Source: an uncultured bacterium
Lineage (GTDB): Bacteria; Armatimonadota; Abditibacteriia; Abditibacteriales; Abditibacteriaceae
Length of the DNA stretch: 64,000 bases
Assembly: GCA_963843795.1 (NCBI GenBank)
Contig: CAWJLW010000006.1
Span: forward strand, 310,001 to 374,000
Reading direction: 5' to 3'
Shown here: positions 19,867 to 28,729 of the stretch, one piece after another
Numbering within the stretch: the first letter of the stretch is position 1
Layout of the letters: each line of letters opens with the position of its first letter
Translations under genes and position numbers: made by a program
The notes under the pieces: model-generated
Told to the model about the DNA's origin: nothing
The model's input: only the letters and a program-made list of their open reading frames with translations
Database searches by the model: none

Positions 19867-22800
19867 ATGCCACGCCCTTTCCCTCACGTTAAGCTTTCTC
19901 GCTGGTTCTTGTTTTTCGCTTGCGCATTTTCGCTGACAGTGGTTCGAGCTGTTGAGCCGACTGAATCGATGGGCGATGCGTGGCGTTTGGATGCGGCGAC
20001 TTATCTGGGCGATGCGGGAGATGACAACGCCAGCGCAATGGCGCTGGGCAGCGATGGCGCGCTATATGTCGTGATGAATAGCACAGTTGTGCCCAATGAA
20101 GATGTGCGCGATTGGCGCGCGGAGAACACCAAGAAAAATGTCGGCTACGATATTGTGCTGCGCAAATATCATGCTGGCGGCAGCGAGTTGGAATGGACGC
20201 TGTTGCTGGGCGGTGCGGGTTCGGATGTCGCTCAAGGATTAGTTTTAGATCGCGACGACAACGTTTATCTGTGCGGCAGCAGCGACAGCAGCAGTCTGTC
20301 GCGCGATACACAACTGCGCGTGGACAAGAACGAGCGCGCAGCTTTCGTCTTGAAAATTGATGCGAATGGCGAGCGCGTGGTTTGGAATCGCTGGTTGGGC
20401 AGCGGCGGCGAAAGCAGCGCGCGCGCGATTGCTCTGGATAACGCGGGCGGCGTATGGCTGGGCGGCGACACAGCAGCGCAGAATTTCGTAACGACCAGTC
20501 GCGTGGGCGCGGGCGGTGGCGTCGATGGTTGGATCGCGCAGTTGGATAGTGCCGGGCAGTGGCAGCGCGCGGTGCGCATCGGCGGCACGAGCGATGATTT
20601 CGTGCGCGCGCTGAGTTTCGACGAACAGGGCACTTTGTGGCTGTGCGGCGATACCAGTTCGCGCGATTTTCCGACTTCGGAAAACGCCAAAACGCGTTTC
20701 GCAGGCGGTAGCGACGCGTGGCTGGCGCGTCTTGCCCCCGATTTGAGCACGTTGGAAAGCACCAGTTTTTGGGGCGGCGAAGGTTCGGATTACGCGCGCG
20801 CTCTGGCGACACGCGATGGCCGCGTCGTGATTGCGGGTTTTTCTTCGAGCGCGCGCGACGATAATCTACGCGCCGAACGTGTGGGCACTTTGGGTCGCTG
20901 GGACGCTTTCATCGCGCAGGCCGATAGCGCGGGCGATGCGTGGGACTGGTCGCAAATCTGGGGCGGCCGCGACAACGATTTTGCGGCGGCATTAGCCCTC
21001 GATTGGCGCGGTGCGATACTCGTCGCTGGTCACAAAGATTCGTCCGATTTTCCTTCTAACGGCCCCAATTGGAATACTCAAACTCTGGGCGCGCGCGGTG
21101 GCATCGATTCGTGGCTGCTGCGTTTGGAACCTGTGGAAGCCAGCGATGAAGGCGACGATCACAAAATTGTGACGAACAGCGGGCAGGTGAAGCCCAGCGA
21201 CCTGTTAATTTTGGGCGGCAGCGGCGATGATTGGCTGCGCGGCTTGGTTTTGGGCCGCAACGGAGTAGTTTTGACCGGCCAAACTTCTTCCAACGACTTT
21301 CCGCTTTCGCACTCTGTTCAACCGGCAAGCGGCGGCGCGACCGATGCGTTTGCCATGTGGTTGCGGGGACAGGAAAGCACGCTCACCGCTTTTGCGCCCG
21401 ACAGCGAATTTCCCAACGATCCCGTGCCCGCGACCGATTACCCTAACGATCCCACGCCTAGTGCGTATCCCAGTGATAGATATTCCGGTGATACATATTC
21501 GGCTAATGCCTATCCTCGTGACGATTATCCGAGTGATTACACTCCCGACCCCTATCCAAACTCATATCCGTATCCCAACCCGTACCCGTATCCAGCGCCT
21601 TACCCAAATCCGTATCCTTATCCCGCGCCGTATCCCTATCCGCGTCCTCGACCCGGCGATTATGGTGGCGACAGGCCAGAATTGAAGCTGCGCATCGACC
21701 CGCAAACCGTGAGTGAACGCGCCGGACGACGCGCAGCGCTGGGCGAAGTGTGGCGCAATACGCGACGCAACGAAACACTGGTTCTCACACTGGAAAGCAA
21801 TCGTCCCGACCGCGTGCGCGTGCCCAATCGTTTGGTGATTCGGCGCGGCGAAAGTTCGGCGACGTTCTGGATTGATGTTTTGGACAACGACCGCGCCGAT
21901 GGCGACGTGAAGGTTTATATTACAGTGCGACGTGGCACCTCGTATTACAATTTCAATTCCGACGCCGAAAGTTTGCGCGTGCTCGACGACGAGGGCGGAC
22001 GCGGCAACGAGGGTGCTCCCAGTCCGTTTTATCAGCGTTTGAATCTACGTATCGAACCGCAAAGTTTGGACAGAACAGGTGCCGGAGCAGCGCGCGGTCG
22101 CGTTACGCGCGGCGGCGATTTATCGCGCTCTTTGCGCGTGAATTTGACCAGCAGCGCACCGACAGTAGTGCGCGTGCCATCTCAACTCCTCATCGAGGCG
22201 CGCCAAGATAGCGCCGATTTCTCGGTTGATGTCGCGCCCGAAGCGCGCAATTCCAATCAAAGAATTCAAATTAAAGCGAGCGCCGATCAAGCGCTCGATG
22301 CTGCGTTCACCATAACGTTGAATGGCACCAATCGTCCTGACCCGAATCGTCCGCCGGTGCCAAATCGCAATTTTCGTCTGGAAGTGACGATCACCCCCGA
22401 CGAAGTGCGTCCCGGCATCACGCAAGCGCGTGGACGTGTGCGACGCAACGGCACTTTAGACGCGCCGTTAATTGTGGCGCTGAGTTCGAGCGATACAAAT
22501 CTGGTGCGCGTGCCGCCGCAAGTGACGATTCCTGCGGGACGCGATGGCGTCGATTTTCCCGTGGTCCTCAATCCTGCCGTGCGCACGGGTGCTTCGACGG
22601 CAGTTGTTGAAGCCACCGCGTTGGGTCAGCGCGATGCGACCAGCGTGCGCTTCCAACGCGTCGATTCTCCCAACACGCCCACTTCGCCCTTCGATCCGGT
22701 GCGCCCCGTGCCGCCGCGTCCAACAATCGATCCGCGCTCGATTCCTGCACCGATGATTCCGCCCAATCCGCAGCGCCGCCCCAACTATCCGCCCGATCCC

Positions 22801-23544
22801 GATCCTAATCCCGCGCCCGTTCAGCCCACAGCGCCACGTCCCGAACCAGAGCAAACCAAACCCAGATTGTTTCCCTTTCCACCACGCCGCGAACCTGAAC
22901 AACGTGACACACGCCCCGATGCCACACAACGTAAAGAAGCGGAGGATGCTGAAAATAACCGAATTGAGCGATTGAAGGCCGCGCTGGAGGCTTCTGAGCG
23001 CCGCGCTGCACAAAAAGCCGCGCAAGAAGCCGCAGAACGCGCAGCGGTTCAGAACGCAGGAGCGCAGGACGCTGCCCGACAAAAAGCTGCACAAGACGCG
23101 GCGGCAGAACGCGAGGCCGCCCAGCGCAAAACTGCTCAAGATGCCGCTCAGAAAGAAGCTGCCGAACGTCGCGCGGCCTACGACGCGGCGCAGCGCGAAG
23201 CCGCACAACGTGTGAACGAGCAGCGTCAAGCGGCAGCAGATGCGGCGCGCCGTGAAGCGGCAAAACGCGCGGAAGAGCAGCGCGAGGCGACACGACGTGT
23301 GAACGAGCAACGCCAAGCGGCGGCAGATGCCGCACGCCGCGAGGCAGCGCAACGTGCGGAAGAACAGCGCAGAGCGGCAGCCGCAGAAGCGGCGCGACGT
23401 GAAGCCGCGCAGCGTGCCGACGAACAGCGCAGGGCAGCAGCAGATGCGGCGCGCAGAGCCGCCGAAAAAGCGCGCGACGATGCGCGTCGCGAGGCCGAGA
23501 AAGCCCGCGATGACGAACAGAAAAAAGCTGCCGGTCGTCGCTAA
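19867..23544 (+). CDS. Large secreted multidomain protein: SBBP-like beta-propeller, Tyr-Pro repeats, three Ig/Calx-beta-like repeats, Pro-rich linker, Ala/Glu/Arg helical tail
   Basis: Signal peptide; repeated GG.G.D....LA.D..G..Y..G.T.S.DFP units; three V.L.S..P..VRVP....I..G..S..F units; EAAQRA-type repeats. Confidence 0.75.
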   Translation: MPRPFPHVKLSRWFLFFACAFSLTVVRAVEPTESMGDAWRLDAATYLGDAGDDNASAMALGSDGALYVVMNSTVVPNEDVRDWRAENTKKNVGYDIVLRKYHAGGSELEWTLLLGGAGSDVAQGLVLDRDDNVYLCGSSDSSSLSRDTQLRVDKNERAAFVLKIDANGERVVWNRWLGSGGESSARAIALDNAGGVWLGGDTAAQNFVTTSRVGAGGGVDGWIAQLDSAGQWQRAVRIGGTSDDFVRALSFDEQGTLWLCGDTSSRDFPTSENAKTRFAGGSDAWLARLAPDLSTLESTSFWGGEGSDYARALATRDGRVVIAGFSSSARDDNLRAERVGTLGRWDAFIAQADSAGDAWDWSQIWGGRDNDFAAALALDWRGAILVAGHKDSSDFPSNGPNWNTQTLGARGGIDSWLLRLEPVEASDEGDDHKIVTNSGQVKPSDLLILGGSGDDWLRGLVLGRNGVVLTGQTSSNDFPLSHSVQPASGGATDAFAMWLRGQESTLTAFAPDSEFPNDPVPATDYPNDPTPSAYPSDRYSGDTYSANAYPRDDYPSDYTPDPYPNSYPYPNPYPYPAPYPNPYPYPAPYPYPRPRPGDYGGDRPELKLRIDPQTVSERAGRRAALGEVWRNTRRNETLVLTLESNRPDRVRVPNRLVIRRGESSATFWIDVLDNDRADGDVKVYITVRRGTSYYNFNSDAESLRVLDDEGGRGNEGAPSPFYQRLNLRIEPQSLDRTGAGAARGRVTRGGDLSRSLRVNLTSSAPTVVRVPSQLLIEARQDSADFSVDVAPEARNSNQRIQIKASADQALDAAFTITLNGTNRPDPNRPPVPNRNFRLEVTITPDEVRPGITQARGRVRRNGTLDAPLIVALSSSDTNLVRVPPQVTIPAGRDGVDFPVVLNPAVRTGASTAVVEATALGQRDATSVRFQRVDSPNTPTSPFDPVRPVPPRPTIDPRSIPAPMIPPNPQRRPNYPPDPDPNPAPVQPTAPRPEPEQTKPRLFPFPPRREPEQRDTRPDATQRKEAEDAENNRIERLKAALEASERRAAQKAAQEAAERAAVQNAGAQDAARQKAAQDAAAEREAAQRKTAQDAAQKEAAERRAAYDAAQREAAQRVNEQRQAAADAARREAAKRAEEQREATRRVNEQRQAAADAARREAAQRAEEQRRAAAAEAARREAAQRADEQRRAAADAARRAAEKARDDARREAEKARDDEQKKAAGRR
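21545..21642 (+). repeat. Coding Tyr-Pro tandem repeat
   Basis: PYPNSYPYPNPYPYPAPYPNPYPYPAPYPYP. Confidence 0.8.
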
Positions 23545-23616
23545 TTCTGACTTTCACGACCGTCTGCAAGTACTTGCAGGCTTCACAATACGAAATTTCT
23601 GCACAAGAAACCAGAA

Positions 23617-23650
23617 AACCGCGCTCTGCAAGTACTTGCAGAGCGCGGTT
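23617..23650. terminator. Perfect palindrome with GCAAGTACTTGC core between convergent genes
   Basis: AACCGCGCTCT-core-AGAGCGCGGTT. Confidence 0.55.
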
Positions 23651-23772
23651 CGTATTTTAGTTGCACGAAAGTGGTCTTCACGGCTGAGAAAACTTCGTTT
23701 CTTGCGCGGCATTTTGCGTGCGATTGCGACCCAAACATATCATCGCACCCAAAGCGTCGCCAACTTTCACTG

Positions 23773-23991
23773 TCAATCTAATCGGTTCTTCCAAACTAAC
23801 GCCGCTGCGAATAGCAAAACTGCCACGAAAAACGCGGCATTGGCCACCCAATCTTTATCGAAGCCAAAAGTGTTGGCGAGCTTGTAACCGACCGAAAAGA
23901 ACAGTTCGCCAAGCACCCAAATTACAACTGCAATCGCAAGAAACTTTGCGCCGATTCCAAACCGATTTCCGATTCCATTCATGAATTTCAC
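23773..23991 (-). CDS. Small two-TM membrane protein
   Basis: 72 aa, two hydrophobic helices, no competing gene. Confidence 0.55.
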   Translation of the reverse strand: MKFMNGIGNRFGIGAKFLAIAVVIWVLGELFFSVGYKLANTFGFDKDWVANAAFFVAVLLFAAALVWKNRLD

Positions 23992-24040
23992 TTTTCAAAC
24001 ACCAAAAGCGCGTTGCAAGTACTGGCAACGCGCTTTTGGG

Positions 24041-24499
24041 TTATAAATTTCCGGTTTCGGCAAAGCGCTTGAGCGCGCGATTGCGCTTGCGCAGAAAATC
24101 GCGCAAATGCGGGCCGACGAAAAACTTATCGGCCAGCGCGCCCAAAATTCCCAACGGTGAACGCCATTCCAGAATATCAATCATCAACGTGCCGCCGCTT
24201 TCCGCATGAAACTCGTGCGTGTGGCGCATTTGAGCAAACGCGCCCTCAGTCATTTCATCGACGAACTTTTGCCCCATTTCAAATTCGACCACGCGCGAAC
24301 CCAAGCGCTGGCGCACGCCAAAATGCACCGCTTCAAAAGTCACGCTTTGGCCCAAACCAATTAAACCGCTCGTTACGCCCGCGACCGCGCGTTCGTGCGT
24401 GTGCGCGGCGCAACGGCAATGTAAACCAATGTCGCGCGCCAAATCGAAGCAATTTTGTGGCGCAATTTGAATCCAAGTTTCTTCGTGTAAACGGGCCAT
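24041..24499 (-). CDS. SRPBCC/START-like family protein
   Basis: CFDLARDI..H, HFGVRQ, FVDEM..GAF..MRHTHEF, SPLGILG. Confidence 0.85.
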   Translation of the reverse strand: MARLHEETWIQIAPQNCFDLARDIGLHCRCAAHTHERAVAGVTSGLIGLGQSVTFEAVHFGVRQRLGSRVVEFEMGQKFVDEMTEGAFAQMRHTHEFHAESGGTLMIDILEWRSPLGILGALADKFFVGPHLRDFLRKRNRALKRFAETGNL

Positions 24500-24565
24500 A
24501 AATTTTTCCGTTTTGTGTTACGATAATGTCAAGAGAGAGAAATCTCAATTGTCAAGGAGTTTACG

Positions 24566-25117
24566 ATGAGCAATTGGTTGAAAAAACGTGTCGTGATGTG
24601 GTGCGCGTTGGTAGCCTTACTGGGTAGCGCTTGGTGCGTTTCGAGTGTGCGGGCGCAGCAAGGACCGAACTTATCAAATATTTTTGTTCGTGCCCGCGAA
24701 AATGCGCGTCGCAGCAGTTGCCAGAGCAATCTCAAGCAAATTAGCTTGGCAATTCTTCAATACGAGCAGGATTACGACGAAAAAATGCCGCCCGCGCGCG
24801 AATGGGCCGAAGTAATTCAGCCTTACGCTCGAACCCGTCAGATTTTTCGCTGTCCCAACGTGTCCAATCCCAAAGGTTTCGGTTATGCCTATAACTCGCG
24901 TCTGTCGCGCAAAGGCTTCGAGGTTCTCGGCAAAATCGAAACTTCGCAAATGGTGATGCTCTACGAAACCACCGATTTGCGCTGGAGCGCTTATGGCTTG
25001 GGCGAGAAACCAGCGTTTCGCCACTTAGGTGGCGCAAATTACGCATTTCTCGATGGCCACATCAAATGGTTTGAGAAAACTCAAATTCCCCAATTCACAT
25101 TTCAATCCAAGAAATAG
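24566..25117 (+). CDS. DUF1559-like / H-X9-DG-CTERM protein lacking a prepilin N-terminus
   Basis: FVRARENARRSSCQSNLKQISLAILQYEQDYDE and RHLGGANYAFLDGHIKW. Confidence 0.85.
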   Translation: MSNWLKKRVVMWCALVALLGSAWCVSSVRAQQGPNLSNIFVRARENARRSSCQSNLKQISLAILQYEQDYDEKMPPAREWAEVIQPYARTRQIFRCPNVSNPKGFGYAYNSRLSRKGFEVLGKIETSQMVMLYETTDLRWSAYGLGEKPAFRHLGGANYAFLDGHIKWFEKTQIPQFTFQSKK

Positions 25118-25118
25118 C

Positions 25119-25154
25119 AAAAAGCGCTCTGCAAGTACTTGCAGAGCGCTTTTT
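25119..25154. terminator. Bidirectional terminator-like palindrome with GCAAGTACTTGC core
   Basis: AAAAAGCGCTCT-core-AGAGCGCTTTTT between convergent stops. Confidence 0.75.
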
Positions 25155-25167
25155 TTTAAACGTTTCC

Positions 25168-26409
25168 TTACAAAGCGCGCCAACCTATATCGCGTCGATA
25201 TTGCGCGCCTGCAAACTCAATTTCCTCGATTCCGCGATACGCCGCCGTGCGCGCGCTGCTGAGATCATCGCCCAAACCGGTTGCGGCCAGAACGCGCCCG
25301 CCGTTGGTGACGATTTCGCCATTTTCGGTTTTAGTGCCCGCGTGAAAAATCAGCGCGTTTTTCTGCGCGTCGTCCAATCCGGAAATCACGTCGCCTTTGT
25401 GCGAACTGGCCGGATAGCCTTTGCTGGCCATCACGACCGTCATCGCGGCTTGCAACGACCATTGGACATGATGCGAATTCAACAGCGCGCCATTGCCGAC
25501 GCACGACAGCAGAAGCGGCAGCAGATCGCTTTCCATGCGCGGCAAAACGACTTGGGTTTCCGGATCGCCGAAACGACAATTGTATTCCAGAACCTTCGGG
25601 CCGTCTTCGGTCAGCATCAAACCGGCATAAAGCACGCCGCGATAAATGATGCCTTCGCTTTTCAAGGCGCGCACTGTGGGCAGTAAAATCGTCTCAAGAG
25701 CGTGATTGACTGCGTTGGAATCAAAAATCGGAACCGGCGAATAACAGCCCATGCCTCCGGTGTTCGGGCCAGTGTCGCCCTCACCGATGCGCTTATGATC
25801 TTGCGCGGGCACCAGCGGCAACACGTTTTCACCATCGGTGAGAGCCAAAAGCGAAACTTCTGGGCCGCTGAGAAATTCCTCAATCAAAACCTGCTGCTGA
25901 CCGCGCGCCGCATTTATCACCACATCGACAGCTTCCATCGCTTCCGCGCGATTGTTGGCTAATACGACACCTTTGCCCAACGCCAAACCATCAGCTTTGA
26001 CGACCATTGGCTTGTCGGGCGCGTCCTGCAAGTACTTGCGGGCGCTTTCGCCGTTCTCAAAGGCGTGAAAATCGCCACTGGGAATGGCATATTTGCGCAT
26101 CAATTCTTTGCAAAAAATTTTCGACGATTCCAATTGGGCGGCTTCTTGCGTCGGCCCAAAGGCGGGAATGCCGACGGCTTCCAATTGATCGACCAGGCCA
26201 GCAGCCAGAAAGTCGTCCGGCCCGATGACCACTAAATCGGCGCCGATTCGCTGCGCAATTTCGACCGGTTCGCCTTGCAAGCATTCGGCAATTTGGGCAA
26301 TACCTGCATTGCCGGGGCTGCAAAACAGTTGCGTTAAAAGCGGACTTTGCTTTAATTTCCAGCACAGCGCGTGCTCACGCCCGCCGCCGCCGATGACTAA
26401 AACTTTCAT
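25168..26409 (-). CDS. purD: Phosphoribosylamine-glycine ligase
   Basis: GGGGREHAL, KADGLALGKGV, QDHKR..GDTGPNTGGMG, EYNCRFGDPETQ. Confidence 0.98.
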   Translation of the reverse strand: MKVLVIGGGGREHALCWKLKQSPLLTQLFCSPGNAGIAQIAECLQGEPVEIAQRIGADLVVIGPDDFLAAGLVDQLEAVGIPAFGPTQEAAQLESSKIFCKELMRKYAIPSGDFHAFENGESARKYLQDAPDKPMVVKADGLALGKGVVLANNRAEAMEAVDVVINAARGQQQVLIEEFLSGPEVSLLALTDGENVLPLVPAQDHKRIGEGDTGPNTGGMGCYSPVPIFDSNAVNHALETILLPTVRALKSEGIIYRGVLYAGLMLTEDGPKVLEYNCRFGDPETQVVLPRMESDLLPLLLSCVGNGALLNSHHVQWSLQAAMTVVMASKGYPASSHKGDVISGLDDAQKNALIFHAGTKTENGEIVTNGGRVLAATGLGDDLSSARTAAYRGIEEIEFAGAQYRRDIGWRAL

Positions 26410-26436
26410 ATCAATTTAAATCCTCTGCCACACGTT

Positions 26437-26470
26437 CAAAACGCCCTGCAAGTACTTGCAGGGCGTTTTG
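26437..26470 (-). terminator. Palindrome with GCAAGTACTTGC core downstream of dnaB
   Basis: CAAAACGCCCT-core-AGGGCGTTTTG. Confidence 0.6.
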
Positions 26471-26481
26471 TTGAGCAAAAA

Positions 26482-27945
26482 TTATTCGTAACCGCCATAA
26501 GGGTCGGGCGCCAAATTCGTGAAGCGCGCGAATTCCGGCTGAAAGCCCAGGCGAATCGTGCCGGTTGGCCCGTTGCGCTGCTTGCCGATAATAATTTCGG
26601 CGATGCCTTCATCGGGATCGGGTTCGTCGGGCAAACCGTTTCCTGCGCCGCCGCTGCTGCCGCCACGCTGATTCTTGTCTTTGTGAAACGCTTTGTTTTT
26701 GTAGTAGCTGGGACGATAAATGAACGCGACGACATCCGCTTCGGCTTCAATTGAACCCGATTCGCGCAAGTCGGAAAGCATCGGACGCTTATCTTCGCGG
26801 CTTTCCACGTTACGCGATAATTGAGACAGCGCGATTAATGGACATTTCAGTTCGCGCGCCATGCTTTTGAAGCTGCGAGCGATTTCCGAAATTTCGTGCG
26901 TGCGGTTATCGTTTTTGCCCGCGTGATGCGCCAGCTGCAAATAATCGACGACAATTAAACCTAACTGCCCGTGTTCGGCGATCAAACGTCGCGCTTTGGC
27001 ACGCATTTCAAACGTACTTTGGCCCGGCGTATCATCAATAAAAATCGGCGCTTGATACAAGTTGTTGACCGCATTCGTTACGCGATGCCAGTCGGAATCC
27101 TGCAAAAAACCGCGCCGCAAATCGCGCGAGTTGATCTGCGCCTCGCTACAAATCAAACGCTGCACCAATTGGTCTTTGCTCATTTCGAGCGAAAAGACCG
27201 CGACCGGCAAACGATCTTTGAGCGCGATGTGATGCGCGATGTTCAAACATAAGGCCGTTTTTCCCATCGAAGGCCGCGCCGCTACAATGACCAAATCGGT
27301 CGGTTGCAAACCCGAAGTAATGTCGTCCAAATCGGTGAAGCCAGTCGAAATGCCGGTCGCCTCGCCTTTGTGCTGGAACTGGCGCTCGATCTGGTCATAC
27401 GCCTGCATCAGCAGCGGTTTGATGTGCGAGAAGCCTTCGCCGATGCGCCGCGAGCCGATCTCGAAAATTTTGCGTTCGGCTTGGTCGATGAGGTCATTGA
27501 CATCTTCGACATCTCCATACGCCAAACCGGAAATCTGTTCGCTGGCCGTCAGCAATTTGCGCAGCACGCTTTTTTCGCTGACGGCTTTGGCGTAGCTCTC
27601 GACGTTGGCCGCAGACGGGCATTCGGAAATCAGCGCGGTGATATATGCTGCGCCGCCGCTGGGTTCGAGCTGGCCTTTGCGGCGCAATTCTTCGCACACG
27701 GTGATGAGATCGACCGGTTCGCCTTTATCGAAAAGCGAGGTGATGGCGGCGAAGATGGTGCGGTGGTTTTCGCGGTAGAAGTCGTCGCGATTGAGAAACT
27801 CGATAGCGCGCGCAATGGCGTCGCGCTGTAAGAGCATCGCGCCCAATGTGCTTTGTTCGGCTTCGATAGATTGAGGCGTGATGCGATCTTTGGCCGAAGG
27901 CCGATTGTCGTCGCGCTGGGGAAATTGAATGAGATGGGGATTCAT
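26482..27945 (-). CDS. dnaB: Replicative DNA helicase
   Basis: PQSIEAEQS, AARPSMGKT, VDYLQL, SQLSR, DLRESGSIE, KQRNGPTG. Confidence 0.98.
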   Translation of the reverse strand: MNPHLIQFPQRDDNRPSAKDRITPQSIEAEQSTLGAMLLQRDAIARAIEFLNRDDFYRENHRTIFAAITSLFDKGEPVDLITVCEELRRKGQLEPSGGAAYITALISECPSAANVESYAKAVSEKSVLRKLLTASEQISGLAYGDVEDVNDLIDQAERKIFEIGSRRIGEGFSHIKPLLMQAYDQIERQFQHKGEATGISTGFTDLDDITSGLQPTDLVIVAARPSMGKTALCLNIAHHIALKDRLPVAVFSLEMSKDQLVQRLICSEAQINSRDLRRGFLQDSDWHRVTNAVNNLYQAPIFIDDTPGQSTFEMRAKARRLIAEHGQLGLIVVDYLQLAHHAGKNDNRTHEISEIARSFKSMARELKCPLIALSQLSRNVESREDKRPMLSDLRESGSIEAEADVVAFIYRPSYYKNKAFHKDKNQRGGSSGGAGNGLPDEPDPDEGIAEIIIGKQRNGPTGTIRLGFQPEFARFTNLAPDPYGGYE

Positions 27946-28104
27946 TGTTTTTTCTCCTGAATTGTTCGGGACGAGACTATAAGTCGCAACTCTTTATCCT
28001 CATTTTCGTTTTGCAAATGCAATCCAAAGCATAACCCGACCGGGCAAGTTTTGCATCTCTACGGCGCGTGCTTTTTAGGCGGACTCTTTTAACAGCTCGC
28101 AATC

Positions 28105-28142
28105 TTAAAAACGCGCTGCAAGTACTTGCAGCGCGTTTTTAA
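28105..28142 (-). terminator. Palindrome with GCAAGTACTTGC core downstream of rplI
   Basis: TTAAAAACGCGCT-core-AGCGCGTTTTTAA; a variant copy follows at 28158. Confidence 0.65.
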
Positions 28143-28178
28143 CTTTTATTTTGTGCTGCAAGTACCTGCAGCGCGTTT

Positions 28179-28679
28179 TTACGCCGCGGTGTCAGCGGCT
28201 TCGGCAACCGGCGCGGCTTCTTCGGCGGGAGCCGGAGCGTCGCCGACTTGAACCACCAATTGCTGTGTGATGTCACGGTGCAAAACGACCGGAACAGGGT
28301 AAACGCCGACTTCGCGAATTGGCTCGGACAAACGAATTGCTTTGCGGTCGATTTCCACGTCGAATTGTTTCTTCAATTCTTCTGCGATATCGGCATTGCT
28401 AATCGAACCGTAAAGGCGACCTTTGTCGCCGACATTGGCGGGCATGACCAGAGTTTTGCCTTCGATTTGAGCGGCCAAGGCTTCGGCGCCGCCGCGCAGA
28501 CGGTTTTGGCGACGATCATCAACACGCTTCATATTGTCCAAATTCGCCATCGCGCTCTTGGTGGCGGGAATCGCCAGTCCGCGCGGCACCAAAAAGTTGC
28601 GCGCGTAGCCATCGGCAACCTCGACTACATCGTGAGGTGCGCCTAATTTTTCCATTTCTTCTGTCAAAATAACTTTCAT
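28179..28679 (-). CDS. rplI: 50S ribosomal protein L9
   Basis: MKVIL..LG..DVVEVADGYARNFLVPRGLA, GRLYGSI. Confidence 0.97.
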   Translation of the reverse strand: MKVILTEEMEKLGAPHDVVEVADGYARNFLVPRGLAIPATKSAMANLDNMKRVDDRRQNRLRGGAEALAAQIEGKTLVMPANVGDKGRLYGSISNADIAEELKKQFDVEIDRKAIRLSEPIREVGVYPVPVVLHRDITQQLVVQVGDAPAPAEEAAPVAEAADTAA

Positions 28680-28729
28680 ATCGTTTTCCTTCACACACTT
28701 ATGGTGCGCTTAAATTTCAATTTCACATT

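Noticed and set aside
26482..27945. Intein in DnaB
   Set aside because: Normal length; only a short Gly-rich loop insertion near the C-terminus and no splicing motifs
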